DNA of 64,000 nucleotides from Octopus bimaculoides (lineage: Eukaryota): positions 142,056,733 through 142,120,732 of the forward strand of contig NC_068981.1 in assembly GCF_001194135.2 (NCBI RefSeq), given 5' to 3'. Of the stretch, positions 12,215-24,662 are shown one piece after another (within the stretch, counting starts at the first letter, position 1; each line of letters starts with the position of its first letter). The notes beneath the pieces were generated by a model. That model ran no database searches and was not told where the DNA came from. It saw nothing but the letters and a program-made list of their open reading frames with translations. A program made the position numbers and the translations under genes.

Positions 12215-14219
12215 TATGTATCCAAATATGTGTGCCATAATTTCTTGAAAGTTAACACTAGGGCAGAATACTCTCATTTCTTACACCAGTAATATAGTCG
12301 CGTGTATAGGACTGCAGTGAGGAAAGGCCAAATACTACGCACAGACATATAGCTTTCATTGTATATTATTGCACTCTACCTAAAAGTAGTGTCGTACATC
12401 GTTTCGCTTAACCTCACTTCACATGAGAACGGAACTACCATTGTTTATATTTGCTATGAATGTGTACAAGCATAAACATATATTTTGTGCCTGAGAGTGT
12501 GGATGTGTACATACCTATATATGTGTGTGTGCGTATTAATACTGTATATAAACCATAATATATACATTCATATATATAAAGACATGTATGTATTAATAAT
12601 ACACACTCACACACACACATATATATATGCACGTATCTATACGTTTATCTATGCGTATGTGTCTATACTATTGCACATACATATATATTTTTGAGCTATA
12701 TATGTATATCTATGCGAATATTTGAGTTTGTGTATATAAATATGTCTGTATGTGTACATATATAATATATGTATGTACGTGTGTGTGTATGTTGTGTTTG
12801 TCTATATACATTCTTATATACATGCTTGTGTTCATAGATATGGAAATGCGATTTTATGTGTGTGTTTTTCCAGCGCACCTAATACACAGCTGCGCTGTAA
12901 ATGTCTATTTGACAATGTCTCAATATCAATATCTATAAAGAAATTCCAAAAATGAAAATCAGATTATCAACAATATATATGTTCCATATCTCGTCACTAA
13001 TCGCATAGTTAAGTAAATTGATACATTGCTATGTACATGAAACATGAAACATTCACCTATTCTACAACATACAGTATCTTATGGTTCACCAGATTCTTTC
13101 AAAGATTTACAAAGTGAATCGCATCGAGGTTTTCTTTTCATATGACTATTTATGGTTTTTCTATTCTGGTGCAATACGATAATTGAATTTATTCACTTCA
13201 TATAAACTTTATAGTAATCCTACTTTGTGAAGTAATACCGTTTCTTCCATACGTAGGTAACACGGATACAAATCACAAATGTTTAGAGAAATAAAAGCCA
13301 TGAAGTCCTACGCATATTTATATATATATATATATATACATAATATCGAAAGTGAGCACGTGTTGTATTCATTTTCTCAATTATACATATAGAACTCACA
13401 TATATGTATCATATTTGTTACTTAGGGCACACCTGACAATATAAACTCATTGATTTAGCTAGCTAGGGATATTTGTATATATGTAAGGATATATAAATTT
13501 GTATGTATGTTTTTATTTTTTGTAGGTGTGTATATGTTTCATGTGAACATTTGTATATGTAGGTGCACCTGTATATTCGCAAGTGTGCATATATGTTAGT
13601 CTATGTATATATTTACATAGTGTTCGTATATAAGTATTTATTTCCATATGCTCATCTGTGTGGATATTACAGCGATTCTTTTAGTCAAATACAAATGCAA
13701 GCGTATTTTATGCCATTGATGCAGAGATAAAAGATTAAGGGCATCTCTTAACGGTTCGTTTCACGGTGGTTGATCACTCTTCAGACAAGTCATTCCCAGC
13801 AGGTCAGCTGGTAAATAAAGCAGGCTTATGGCGAACTGATTTATTTGCATATTTGCGCATTTGACTGCTCGTCATTAATTAACTTTTTTTATACAAAACA
13901 CAGCGTAAATCATAATTATTGAAATATATCTAAACTATACAAAGCCTCACTCTGTGGTGAATAATTACAAAAACATCATGTGTATATTATGTGCAGAAAA
14001 ACAGGGTAGACAATCGTTTGATAGATTGTTACTGGTTAGGGATGAAATCTTGAGGATTATAGAAGTTGTGGAACGGTTCGTCTGTAGACTAACACCCTCA
14101 CTTTGCTATGCATTAACAGCTTAAAAAGAAAGTATTACCAGTGTTACTTTTACACACAGTAAGGATTTGTAATATTGAAATTTAGTTCAGTTCTGCTGAT
14201 TTACGCTGTGTTGTTGCAT

Positions 14220-14606
14220 GTTGTTGTTGGCACTCCGTCGCTTACGACGTCGAGAGTTCAAGTTGATCCGATCAACGGAACAGCCTGTTCGTGAAATTAA
14301 CGTGCAAGTGGCTGAGCACTCCACAGACACGTGTACCCCTAACGTTGTTCTCTGGCATATTCAGCGTGATACAGTGTGATAAGGCTGAACCTTTGAATTA
14401 CAAGCACAACAGAAACAGTAAGTAAGAGTGAGAGAAAGTTGTGGTGAAAGAGTACAGCAGGGTTCGCCACCATTCCCTGCCAGATCCTCGTGGAGCTTTA
14501 GGTGTTTTCGCTCAATAAACACTCACAAAGCCCTGTCTGGGAATTGAAACCGCGATCCTATGACCGCATGTCCGCTTCCCTAACCACTGTACCATTGCGC
14601 CTCCAC
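14220..14606 (-). mobile_element. Full-length tRNA-derived SINE, family C, with (CAA)n tail and 11-bp TSD
   Basis: Minus-strand head ggaggcgcaatggtacagtggttagggaagcggacatgcggtcataggatcgcggtttcaattccc carries Pol III A-box-like (TGGTACAGTGG) and B-box-like (GGTTTCAATTCC) motifs. 3' end ...gacggagtgccaacaacaac. TSD tgttgttgcat at 14209-14219 and 14607-14617. Confidence 0.93.
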
Positions 14607-17600
14607 TGTTGTTGCATAACACACACAATCACACATACATTAACCAGAACATGGTTCGTGTTGGATACACTTCAAGAAAGAAATCAGTGCTTTATAATGA
14701 GGAATAGATATTGCTTTGACTGTACAGTTTCTCCACTACATCCATGTATTCCTTCAAAGGCATTTGAATATATTCAAAATTCATTGAGAAAATTGTACAG
14801 TTGTGTGGCATCACGTAGTTATTATATACTCGCACAAACATACGTACAAATACACATATATAATCGATTTTTATACGTATGCTTGTATGAATATATACTA
14901 TAAAACATCATAATGTTGTCTAAAATCCACATCTAAATCTGATAAATTTTACTTTGTATATTGAAATCTTAGTCAGTGTAGGAACGGCCATTCCTATGTC
15001 GGTAATAAATGCCTTTAGATCTGTTAAAAATGGCTAGAATTTTATCCTCACACTGAGTAATTGAGTCAAATACTCGCAACAAAGATTGTGCTATCCTTAA
15101 TGTCACTAAGTGTCATGTCGTTTCGTTAAATCGGGTTATGGATTAAGTCTGTCGACCTGCATGAAGAACGAACCGATCCTTACATAGGATTCATACACTT
15201 TCCTTCAAATAAATGTCAATAACGAAGTTTTGGTAGATCTGAGGCTACGGTAGAATATTGATATGCTGTGCGATCAGTATGATTTTGATACCCGCGTCTC
15301 CAGTTCAAATACATACCTACAGGATGTGTGCCTGTAAATGTCTAATCGGTGAGCTTGTAAAAGCAGCTAAGTTTCTCTCAAACCTCCCCACCACTATCTT
15401 AAATATGACAAGGACACGTGATACTGTATTACATCATTGCTTTCTGATGATAGGTCTACTCTATCGGAATTGACATCATGTTAAAAGAAAAATAATTTGT
15501 CCAGCAGTATTCTTTAGTTAAGGTATGATGTCACTGTTGGGCGTGAGACTCGTCATGATCGTTAGATTGTTGGTTCGATTCTCGCACCGAGCAGTGTGTT
15601 ATGTTCTTGTGTGGTCATAACAGGAACTTCTTTGATCATATGTGTTTCTTGATTAGTTTGGTGCGACATATTATCCTTAGAAGTTTAACAACTTAGCCTG
15701 TATGCAATTCCTCCATCTTATAAGATTAGCGGCCAAATTGCCCTCAAATGATTCCGAACCGTTAAGGAAACATACATACTGCATGTAAAGCAACATTATG
15801 ATAATTGGAATTTAAAGCAAACAATAACAGCTGAATCGTTTTCAGGATATATATATATATATACTCAATCATTGTTGATTTGGGGTTAAAACAGCAATTG
15901 CTTAAAAAACTGAAGGGTATTGATATGTTCGAAGATATTTCTATCTAGTATTGTAAAGAAAAAATAAAATGTTTCTCGTACATGTGAGATAATAGAAGTC
16001 AATGTTTTTATTCATATGTGTAGTTCTCTAGCCTCAAAACAAAAATCAGTTACTAAAATTATTTTAAAATTACATTTAAATAAATCGTGAAGATAAACCA
16101 AGTTTATTTGATAAAGACATTCTGAAATTGGGTTAATTTAATTAAAAAGAATGATGAATTAAATAATCTTAATATAGTTAAAAATATTAGTTGAAATCAT
16201 AAGCTTAATCCATTTTTAGCTTTCTGTCTTTTCAGTTGTATTTATTCATTCATTCATTTATTGGTTAGTCATTCAACACACTGTTTGCCTTTTTCCCCCT
16301 TTTTCTTTTTCAACAAATTCTAAATCTAGATTTGAAAAAATGCTTTGGGACATGTAAATAGATATTTTAACTTAATGAGTCGACTAAGTAGTAAAGCTGG
16401 TCTTCAAATTTACGTTCAACAGAATCTCGCTCACTTAGTTTATAAACTCTAATTGTTGCAGTTAGAATCCATCTATTGAATACAGTATCTTTTTTCGCAA
16501 GTCAAAGATTCCGATATCTGCCCCCTCCATATTCTACGAAGGAAACAATCCTATTTTCTTAATTAGATAATTCATTTCACCAGTTTAAGAGACTATAATT
16601 TCATTTGGCTTTAGATTGTCATTTTAGCGTTTTAAATAAACAATTCTTTTCTGAGTACATTTTTTGAAATTTGAATTATTTTTTACACTATTTTTAAATT
16701 CGTTTATTTTAGCTAAAATTTCTTCTAAAATTAGTCTTTAGATTTAAAATATTTATTTGTTTATTTCCATCCCCAGAAAAAAATAAAGTAAAAAACGATA
16801 GCTCATCTTCATTTCAGCTGTATTCAATTCTTAGTAATTTTCTTTTGTAATTCAACAAAACTGCGTTTATTCGCCTCATTTATAATTTCTTTTATTATGT
16901 TTTATTTTCAAGTAGTCAAATAATTTAATGTTTTCTAAAGTTTATTTATATTTCACCCTTGACAGTTTTTGTATTGCCTTAATAATATAAACGAGCCTAT
17001 AAAATATGTTAAAGAAACAACAAAATGCTCATATAGTGTTTGTTTATTATTTGATTTCATTCATATAAACAATCATTGTTTAGAACGAAGTAAAAGGAAC
17101 ACTGTCCATAGTTATTGTTCAGCTTATAGTTTTGTAGAGCGATGCGTGTAAATGGAGTAGTCGAATAACATTTGCAGAGAACTGTTATTCTAGAGAAGGT
17201 TAGGGTAAAACTTTTAGCATACAGCTTTCAATTCAAGATGAAATGAATTAGACAAAGCAGATGTGTCAAGTGTCTCCGGCGGATATTTCACATAACTAGT
17301 TAGTTCAAAGGAACAAGGATGTTTTGTAGTAACGGTAGAAGTAACATAAACAGGACGTAACACGGCAGGAGCTTGTTGGTGAGTAACATTTTGTTAAGTA
17401 ACCAGATACGGCTGTTCTCTGGCACCAAAAATAATATTTGTTCTTTCACTATTATACCTATTTCAATCAATTGGCTGTTAACACGCATGCGCTTTGATTT
17501 AATGATTTTACTCCAAAAGTTGTTTAAAGTCTTATTATATCGTTCTCTTTTAAGCGAAGTTTGGAGGGATATATCCCAACATCACTTATCAAGTTATCAA

Positions 17601-19709
17601 GCGGTGAGAGACAATCACAATATATATGCATGTTGTGTACACACGCACACACACACATCTTCACGGTTTCCATCTTCCAAATTCACTCGCTAAATATCTG
17701 TCGGTGTAATAATACAAGACATTTGCCCAACGTACTGAATTGGAAGTGTGAATTGCGAAGTGAACTTCTTAGCTACACAGCAATGCCTGCACATATATCA
17801 TATTGTCAGGAGAGAAATCTTTCTCCATTACTACATCTTTCAAAATCATTGCATAAATTTACCAGTAGCCTTAGTGTGCGTTTGCATTCTGAAACGCCAT
17901 CGGTTATATTACAAAATATACTTTTATTAATGGTCAAGTCAAATGCAGAATATCAGTACTTATGGAATCTTTAAGGTCTCATACGGTAACGGGGAAGAAG
18001 AGAACCTATTGTTGGAGCAGAAGCCAGTCCAGAATGCTTACAGAGATAGCAGTTTATTAACTATTTTAAGGAGGAGAAGGAGGTGGTGGTGTTAATGTAG
18101 TCGATTGATTAGGTCTGTCCCCTCGAAACTGGATGTCTCCTCCGATGTTTTTCCATACAGCTTCCGTCTACTAAATTTCATTGGTAAGCATTTTGTGTAA
18201 GCAAACTTATAATAGCAGACTTTCCCAAGTCTGCTGAACTTGCCCGAGGCGCTTAACGATATATTTGAACTCCAAACCATCAAGTTGCAATGAGAACGTC
18301 TTAATTGTACAGCGATATCTACGCTTTATCAATTTACAACTGAAGTTCAGTTTTCCTCCCAATTTTACGTAAAATGGAGGACACATTTGGAGAGTATTAT
18401 GTTTCTCTTCCTTAACCATAGCTTCATTTAACATTTCAGCAAAGAAAACGATTTTTGCTATTCAAAATGTTTACTAAATTCAGTCTGTTTAGGTATACAA
18501 TTATGTTTTGCTGCCAACTTTCCACTTTCGCCTTAAACATTGTTTTACACAGTCACTGGTGATATTTGTTATTGTTCTTCTTTAACTTGTAAATCAGCTT
18601 TCATCGAAACTTTTGTGATTGATTACAACTCTGTTCTTCCTCTTCGTTTAGGACTGTATTAGACTATGTTGTATAATGTTCTCGCCTTCTCAAAAATTGT
18701 TGGATATGAATTGAGATTGATTTCAGTGCTATTTCTGTCAGGCCAATTAACCACATCGAGACAGACTCAGTAGTTTGACATCACCTTTAGTGTTTCCATA
18801 TGTAAAATTAGACTTGTAAACGATTTTATTACCCCAAAGCGTTTTCACTCAGTGTTTATCAATTATCTTAACATCACTGGAATAAATAAGTTAAATATTC
18901 AGTTTTGTACAAGCATATTCATTCAATAGTGAAATACAATCGGAATGAAAAAGAACATGTTTTGATCAAATTGCGTTAGCTTGCTACAAAGAAATGCATA
19001 TAATCTTAATTTTCACTCTGTGTCTCGTAAATATTTTAAGGAAAAAGAAAACGAGTGTTTTTTCTATATTTTGCACTTTTGATTTTCAATAGCAAACAAT
19101 TATTAATAATATTAATAATGCACTTATTGCTATGCTACATAATTAATTGATTAGAAAATGGTACATATATTTATTAAAAGCTTTTATTAAAAAAAACAGC
19201 AAAAAAAGTTTCAGTTTACATTATTTACATATTTGGTTTTCTTACAACTTTCGGGAAATGCATAGAAAGAAAATTAATGGAAAATTGACAATTTTATGTT
19301 GTGCTTTCCAATACTAATGGAAGCGACAGACATGGAAAATGTCCGGTATAATCTCAGATCAATGTCCAGTAGCTACTTCTACTTCAGATATATAGATTAA
19401 AACATCCTTATGATTTACTATTACATCAATGTGGGGTCGATAATTAGCAAACAAAAATAAATAAAACGAACATAGACATAGGAACTGATCGAAAATTATT
19501 TGCTGAGTAGTAAGGAAACATATCCTTGAAAACTGGTAAGATTTCAACTCAGAAAAGTGTTTTTGAGTGGCTTTCTCCCCCGCTGAGACCGGCTAGGTAC
19601 TTAAATATGCTCTCTAACTGAAGTATTTAGTTGTAAGAAGATTAAATATTTCAAAAGCAGGAAGAAATTGCTGCAGATTAAATCGAAGACCTTGATGCAT
19701 CGTACTTGC

Positions 19710-19810
19710 CTTTATCCTGCTGCAAAGGGCATTTTTGTAGATGGAGTACAACGATCAATATTGCGCTATAGCACCAGGAGTCATTGAAATCGATCAATAC
19801 ACTGTTTGAG
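19710..19810 (-). other. Candidate exon with a GC-AG type donor (101 nt)
   Basis: Strong acceptor cctttctacctttgtttccatatcctacattttgcag| and donor aag|gcaagt, which matches the GC-donor consensus. One open frame, SNSVLIDFNDSWCYSAILIVVLHLQKCPLQQDK. Confidence 0.3.
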
Positions 19811-20386
19811 CTGCAAAATGTAGGATATGGAAACAAAGGTAGAAAGGATAGGAAACATTCTATTTCGTTCTCCAATATTTGAATTGATTTTAATTTAGAT
19901 TTGCAGGGATGCAAACAAATAGATACGAAAATATTTCTATTAATATATAAATATATATATANNNNNNNNNNNNNNNNNNNNNNNNNNNNNNNNNNNNNNN
20001 NNNNNNNNNNNNNNNNNNNNNNNNNNNNNNNNNNNNNNNNNNNNNNNNNNNNNNNNNNNNNNNNNNNNNNNNNNNNNNNNNNNNNNNNNNNNNNNNNNNN
20101 NNNNNNNNNNNNNNNNNNNNNNNNNNNNNTATATTATATGAGTGTGTGTTTGTGCGTGTACACGCATATATATGTTCATATATATATGACGAACATATAT
20201 GTACATACATATTATGTACATATATGTATGTATGCATGTCTCTATATATATATATGTATGTCTGTATATATAACCACTTAGAAGTGACGGCTGCTAACCA
20301 CAAGAAATATATATATATATATATATATATATTTCTCTCTATAATATATGTAACTTTGTGTACATACTTGCTTCATATAATTTTAA

Positions 20387-20427
<41 letters not shown>

Positions 20428-20955
20428 CGTATCATTTGGCAAACTAAGATATATTTTTAGTGACCTGAGGCAGAATATAACATAATATCTTAATCAGTAC
20501 ACTGAGTAGTCTGTTGACTTTTCTACAAACATACCTGCTTGTGATGGTGTTCCTGCTGTTGTTACCATTGTTGCCCTTGTAGTATTTAAAGAATATATGA
20601 TCAGCATCATCGTCATGAATATTATAATCATTATCATAGTCATCGCCGTTGTCATCATTATTAATCATCAACCCATCTCTTACTGGCTTGCTTCTTCTTA
20701 ATAGTTAGCATCATTGTATTCATCATCATTACGACAGTAAGTAGACGTGCCAGGCTTCATACGCATTTCCTCCAGAGCAAATAAGTTTTAAAATATTAAT
20801 ACAAATCGACTACAATCCTCTTGCAAAATGTGGCCATTGTTAATGTCTTGGAAAACATTTTCGCCAGAAGGGCGATACATTTTCAGAATCGGTAGGGCAT
20901 TAATATATTAAGTATTGTTCTGTACACGCTCTCCCAATTTCCGAACATTGCTTAC

Positions 20956-21094
20956 TTGTTTTCATGTGAAAGATGGAGTGGGCCATCAGCTAAGTCTATT
21001 GAGGCAGCCGTCGATCCGATTTCTTTGACCGGGAGGGCAAGTCGGTCTTTATTCGTTTGTTGGTTTTGTGAAAGTATTTGTACGGTGAACAAAT
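20956..21094 (-). other. Candidate exon (139 nt)
   Basis: Acceptor ctcttcagccttttcag| and donor caa|gtaagc. One open frame (LFTVQILSQNQQTNKDRLALPVKEIGSTAASIDLADGPLHLSHEN) whose end phase matches the 19710-19810 candidate. Confidence 0.3.
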
Positions 21095-21467
21095 CTGAAA
21101 AGGCTGAAGAGTGGCACATTTGACTTAGGGTAAAGCTCATCAAAGATTTCAACTTTAAACAGTGATGGAAAATGAGATTGCAAACTGAAGTGTTAATGCC
21201 CAGTAAATATGGTTAAAGGTAGAAGAGAATGGAGACTATGGTCTGAATGAATGAACTGACTCTGACGATGCGCCTACAGTCTGGAGAATGATGAATGGGA
21301 GAGGATATTTACCTTAATGATCAAGGTGACCTTTGTATGGGTAGACATCGAAATTCTCCCCACTACTTGGGAATATTTCTGTGAAACAATTTCTTTATAT
21401 TTCTTTTTGCACGCCTTATACATATGTATATGGTATATGTATATAAATCCAAACGGTATGATTTGTA

Positions 21468-22170
21468 CTATTATTGAGTGAGAGAGAGAGATAGAGAGAG
21501 AGAGAGAGCATTGCTTGTCAACAAAGTGATACTGGGATACAAACACACGAAGCTCTATATACCCATCATGAATAACTGCCTGATAAGGTTATACCAGACA
21601 CATTCATTACAGCCATATGTGCACGATATGGTGATCTCATATCTATTTCGTTATTGCCCACAAGGGGCTAAACATAGAGGGAACAAACAAGAACAGACGA
21701 ACGGATTAAGTCGATTACATCGACTCCAGTGCGTAAGTGGTACTTAATTTATCGACCCCGAAAGGATGAAAGGCAAAGTCGACCTCGGCGGAATTTGAAC
21801 TCAGAACGTAACGGCAGACGAAATACCGCTAAGCATTTCGCCCGGCGTGCCAACGCTTCTGCCAGCTCGTGATCTCATATCGAGACAGTGCATGACCTTG
21901 CAGGTGGGTCCCAGTTAAAATTTTCTTCAAGTCGAGTAGCCCATCCCGCTCAAAATTTCTTTGATTAAAGCTTGCTTAAGGATATTGAACGAAACACCCA
22001 TGTTTTCAAGATGAATTCTTCAAACCTCAAAGAATTCCTCTTGACACATGGCTATGATGTTCCCCAAATACTTCTGCTCGTGATCAGGGATGCACATATT
22101 GTCAGCCAACAAGGGACATGCTCTTCTGGTGAAAGTCAAACAACTGGTAAGCAAATCTGTCGTATTGAGC
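21468..22170 (-). mobile_element. Second, 5'-truncated copy of family D, split by a SINE insertion
   Basis: Collinear with 8810-9300 on both sides of the inserted SINE; ends at an (ATT)n tract at ~22180. Confidence 0.88.
21644..21868 (-). mobile_element. Young SINE family A copy with a perfect 13-bp TSD
   Basis: Minus strand gagctggcagaagcgttggcacgccgggcgaaatgcttagcggtatttcg...gagttcaaattcc (B-box-like)...tttagccccttgtgggcaataacgaaata. TSD gtgatctcatatc at 21631-21643 and 21869-21881. Confidence 0.95.
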
Positions 22171-22179
22171 AAAATTATA

Positions 22180-22250
<71 letters not shown>
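22180..22250. repeat. (ATT)n microsatellite
   Basis: Read directly. Confidence 0.96.
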
Positions 22251-22490
22251 GAAGGCGGCGAGCTGGCAGAATCGTTAGCATGCCGGGCAACGTGCTTAGT
22301 GGCATTTTGTCTGTTCATACGTTCTGAGTTCAAATTCCGTCGAGGTCGACTTTGCCTTTCGTCCTTTCGGGGTCGGTAAATTAAGTACCAGTGAAACTCT
22401 GGGGTCGATGAAATCGAATAGTTCCCTCCCCCCAAATTTCAGGCCTTTTGTCTATGGTAGAAAGGACTATTATCACTATTATTATTATTA
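22251..22490 (+). mobile_element. SINE family A copy with an alternative 3' end and (ATT)n tail, followed by another truncated head at 22492
   Basis: gaaggcggcgagctggcagaatcgttagcatgccggg...ttctgagttcaaattccgtcgaggtcgactttgcctttc...agaaaggactattatcactattattatta, then gaaggtggtgagctggcaaaat. Confidence 0.92.
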
Positions 22491-22529
22491 TGAAGGTGGT
22501 GAGCTGGCAAAATAGTCAGCTCGGCGAGG

Positions 22530-22960
22530 AAAATAAGTGCAGAGGGGTTCTCTTTTGGCAGAGCCCTCATCGAAAGGGAGGTGCTGTTCTCGAGTGAATT
22601 TATAGAAAGGTGGGAGAAAATTGCAAAAATGGCAAGAGTCGATGATATCTCTTTAAGTATAGACCAGTAAGTCGGAGAACAGAAGTCTCGTCAAGGCACT
22701 TAACTTTGGTATTCAGAAAGATCTTGAATGATGGAGTTCCAAGATTGTCTTTAGAAGTTCTCCTTTGTCAGGTGGATGAGATAAACCTCATCCTTTTCTT
22801 TTGCCGATTTATACTACGAAAAATGTCTTTTCTGTTTTATTATACAGAGTAAATATTCTATTCTATTTTGTATCAGTTCCTTGTATGTAAATCACTACAT
22901 TTTAGGTATATCGTTGTATTGTCACTCTCATCCGTCGTCCTGGTGGCAAATAAAACAAAT
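22530..22960 (+). mobile_element. 3' fragment of an L1/Tx1-like LINE (ORF2 C-terminus plus 3' UTR)
   Basis: The frame ending at TAA 22668-22670 reads KISAEGFSFGRALIEREVLFSSEFIERWEKIAKMARVDDISLSIDQ*, resembling the ExExL..xF.xRW C-terminus of Tx1-type ORF2 as I recall it. A pyrimidine-rich UTR follows, ending gtcctggtggcaaataaaacaaat. Confidence 0.6.
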
Positions 22961-22997
22961 CATTATCATCATCGTCGTCGTCATTCTTGTTAATATT

Positions 22998-23037
<40 letters not shown>

Positions 23038-23549
23038 TTGTTGTTATTCTTGCCGCTGTCTAAGCGCAGACAGAGATTTCTCATTGTAATTCTACTGTCA
23101 AATCTAATGATGTTACATGCTATAATAATGGCATGTTTTAGTCGAAATGAATATGACAGAACTACACGACAGCAAGACTGGAGTGATTGGACCTAATACA
23201 AATTTGTTTTTCAATCTTCGCTATTCTATTTCTCGGCTGTCATTTTGCATCATTGTAAAAATACATTTTCATATTTCGATCTAGTGTTTAAATACTTTCT
23301 CATGAAAAGATATACAAGCGCTGTAAGTATGTGGATGTGTCTGTGGTTCTGTGACAGATTGCGTGTGCATGTGTGTGTTTCTGTTGTGTATGTATATTGA
23401 TGTTTTTTGTTTATGTTTATAATGTACAAGTATCTACATAAATTTTTTTAACTGTGTATGCTGGTGTTTGGTTACTTAAATCCATATGAAATTATATATT
23501 CCTTTATGTATGTATATGCACACACCTAAATCTCCCATATATACACGCG

Positions 23550-23596
<47 letters not shown>

Positions 23597-24141
23597 ATAT
23601 ATATATGTGTGTGTGTGTGTGTATCGTTTCTAAGCAGGTGCGGTGCCGTTATTTTCAAGCTAGATACAAAAAAAAGACACAATGTACCCAACATATGTGA
23701 TATGATATTGTAAACATCTTTATAATTGTAATAATTACTATAATATATTATAATTCACAAGTTTGAGGCAGCGAAATTCATCAAAACAGTCCGTAAGCGT
23801 CCATCAATACTTATAAGTTTCACTGTTTTCCTCTCTGTCCCCAACTGTGTATAGTATTATACAATACTATACATACTGTGCTTATGTATGCGAGTGTAAA
23901 TATTATACAATACGTACACTCGCATACATAAGCACAAACCCAAACACGAACACACACATATGTGATAATAATAATAATAATAAGAAGAAGAATAGCAATA
24001 ATAATAATAAGGATAATAATATAAAAATAATAACGATAAAAATATAAAAGTAAGAGCATCACAACAAACCACAGCACATACCTAAGGCACACAGAGCTAC
24101 GCTCAGTAGTGCAGTGTAAGCACGTGATAAAAATAAGACTA

Positions 24142-24176
<35 letters not shown>

Positions 24177-24589
24177 TCAGAAATAATAATAAACATACTC
24201 GAATAGATTATGGTTTACATAGAAGCGTACACAAATCTAATTTTTGGTTACTTGGCTGCTACAAGAAGGACACTTGATTGCAAAATGCCTTTCATATATA
24301 TATGTAACAGATAACACAGTATATTTATTACATCTAATAACTAATATACAAGTGTTTGTTTGTATGACAGCCTGCCATGTCTTTTCCATACCCTGGATTT
24401 CCTCAAAGACTCGTAAGTGAAATTCGTAAATAGAGAATAAAGAAATCCATCGAATGAGAAAAGGAATTTCAAAATTTAAGCTTGTGTCGAATATATAAAA
24501 GTGTTCTTAGTTGAACAAGGAATATGTTAAGGGTACACGTGAGATTATAATACTTAGTCACGTTGAAGTCTAATTCAGTAGTTCAAGTA

Positions 24590-24627
24590 ACTCATCGGAG
24601 GCCTGGAAAAGTAGACGTCGAAATCCA

Positions 24628-24662
<35 letters not shown>

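Noticed and set aside
17990-18830. Minus-strand protein-like fragments (e.g. VVNWPDRNSTEINLNSYP, KVCYYKFAYTKC) suggesting a decayed Tc1 or Penelope element
   Set aside because: Motif similarity is too weak, with many stops and no TIRs or tail; cannot be classified without a profile search.
6159-22470. tRNA-like A/B boxes that could be called tRNA genes
   Set aside because: They are SINE heads with long non-tRNA bodies, tails and TSDs; no cloverleaf or anticodon arm could be built.
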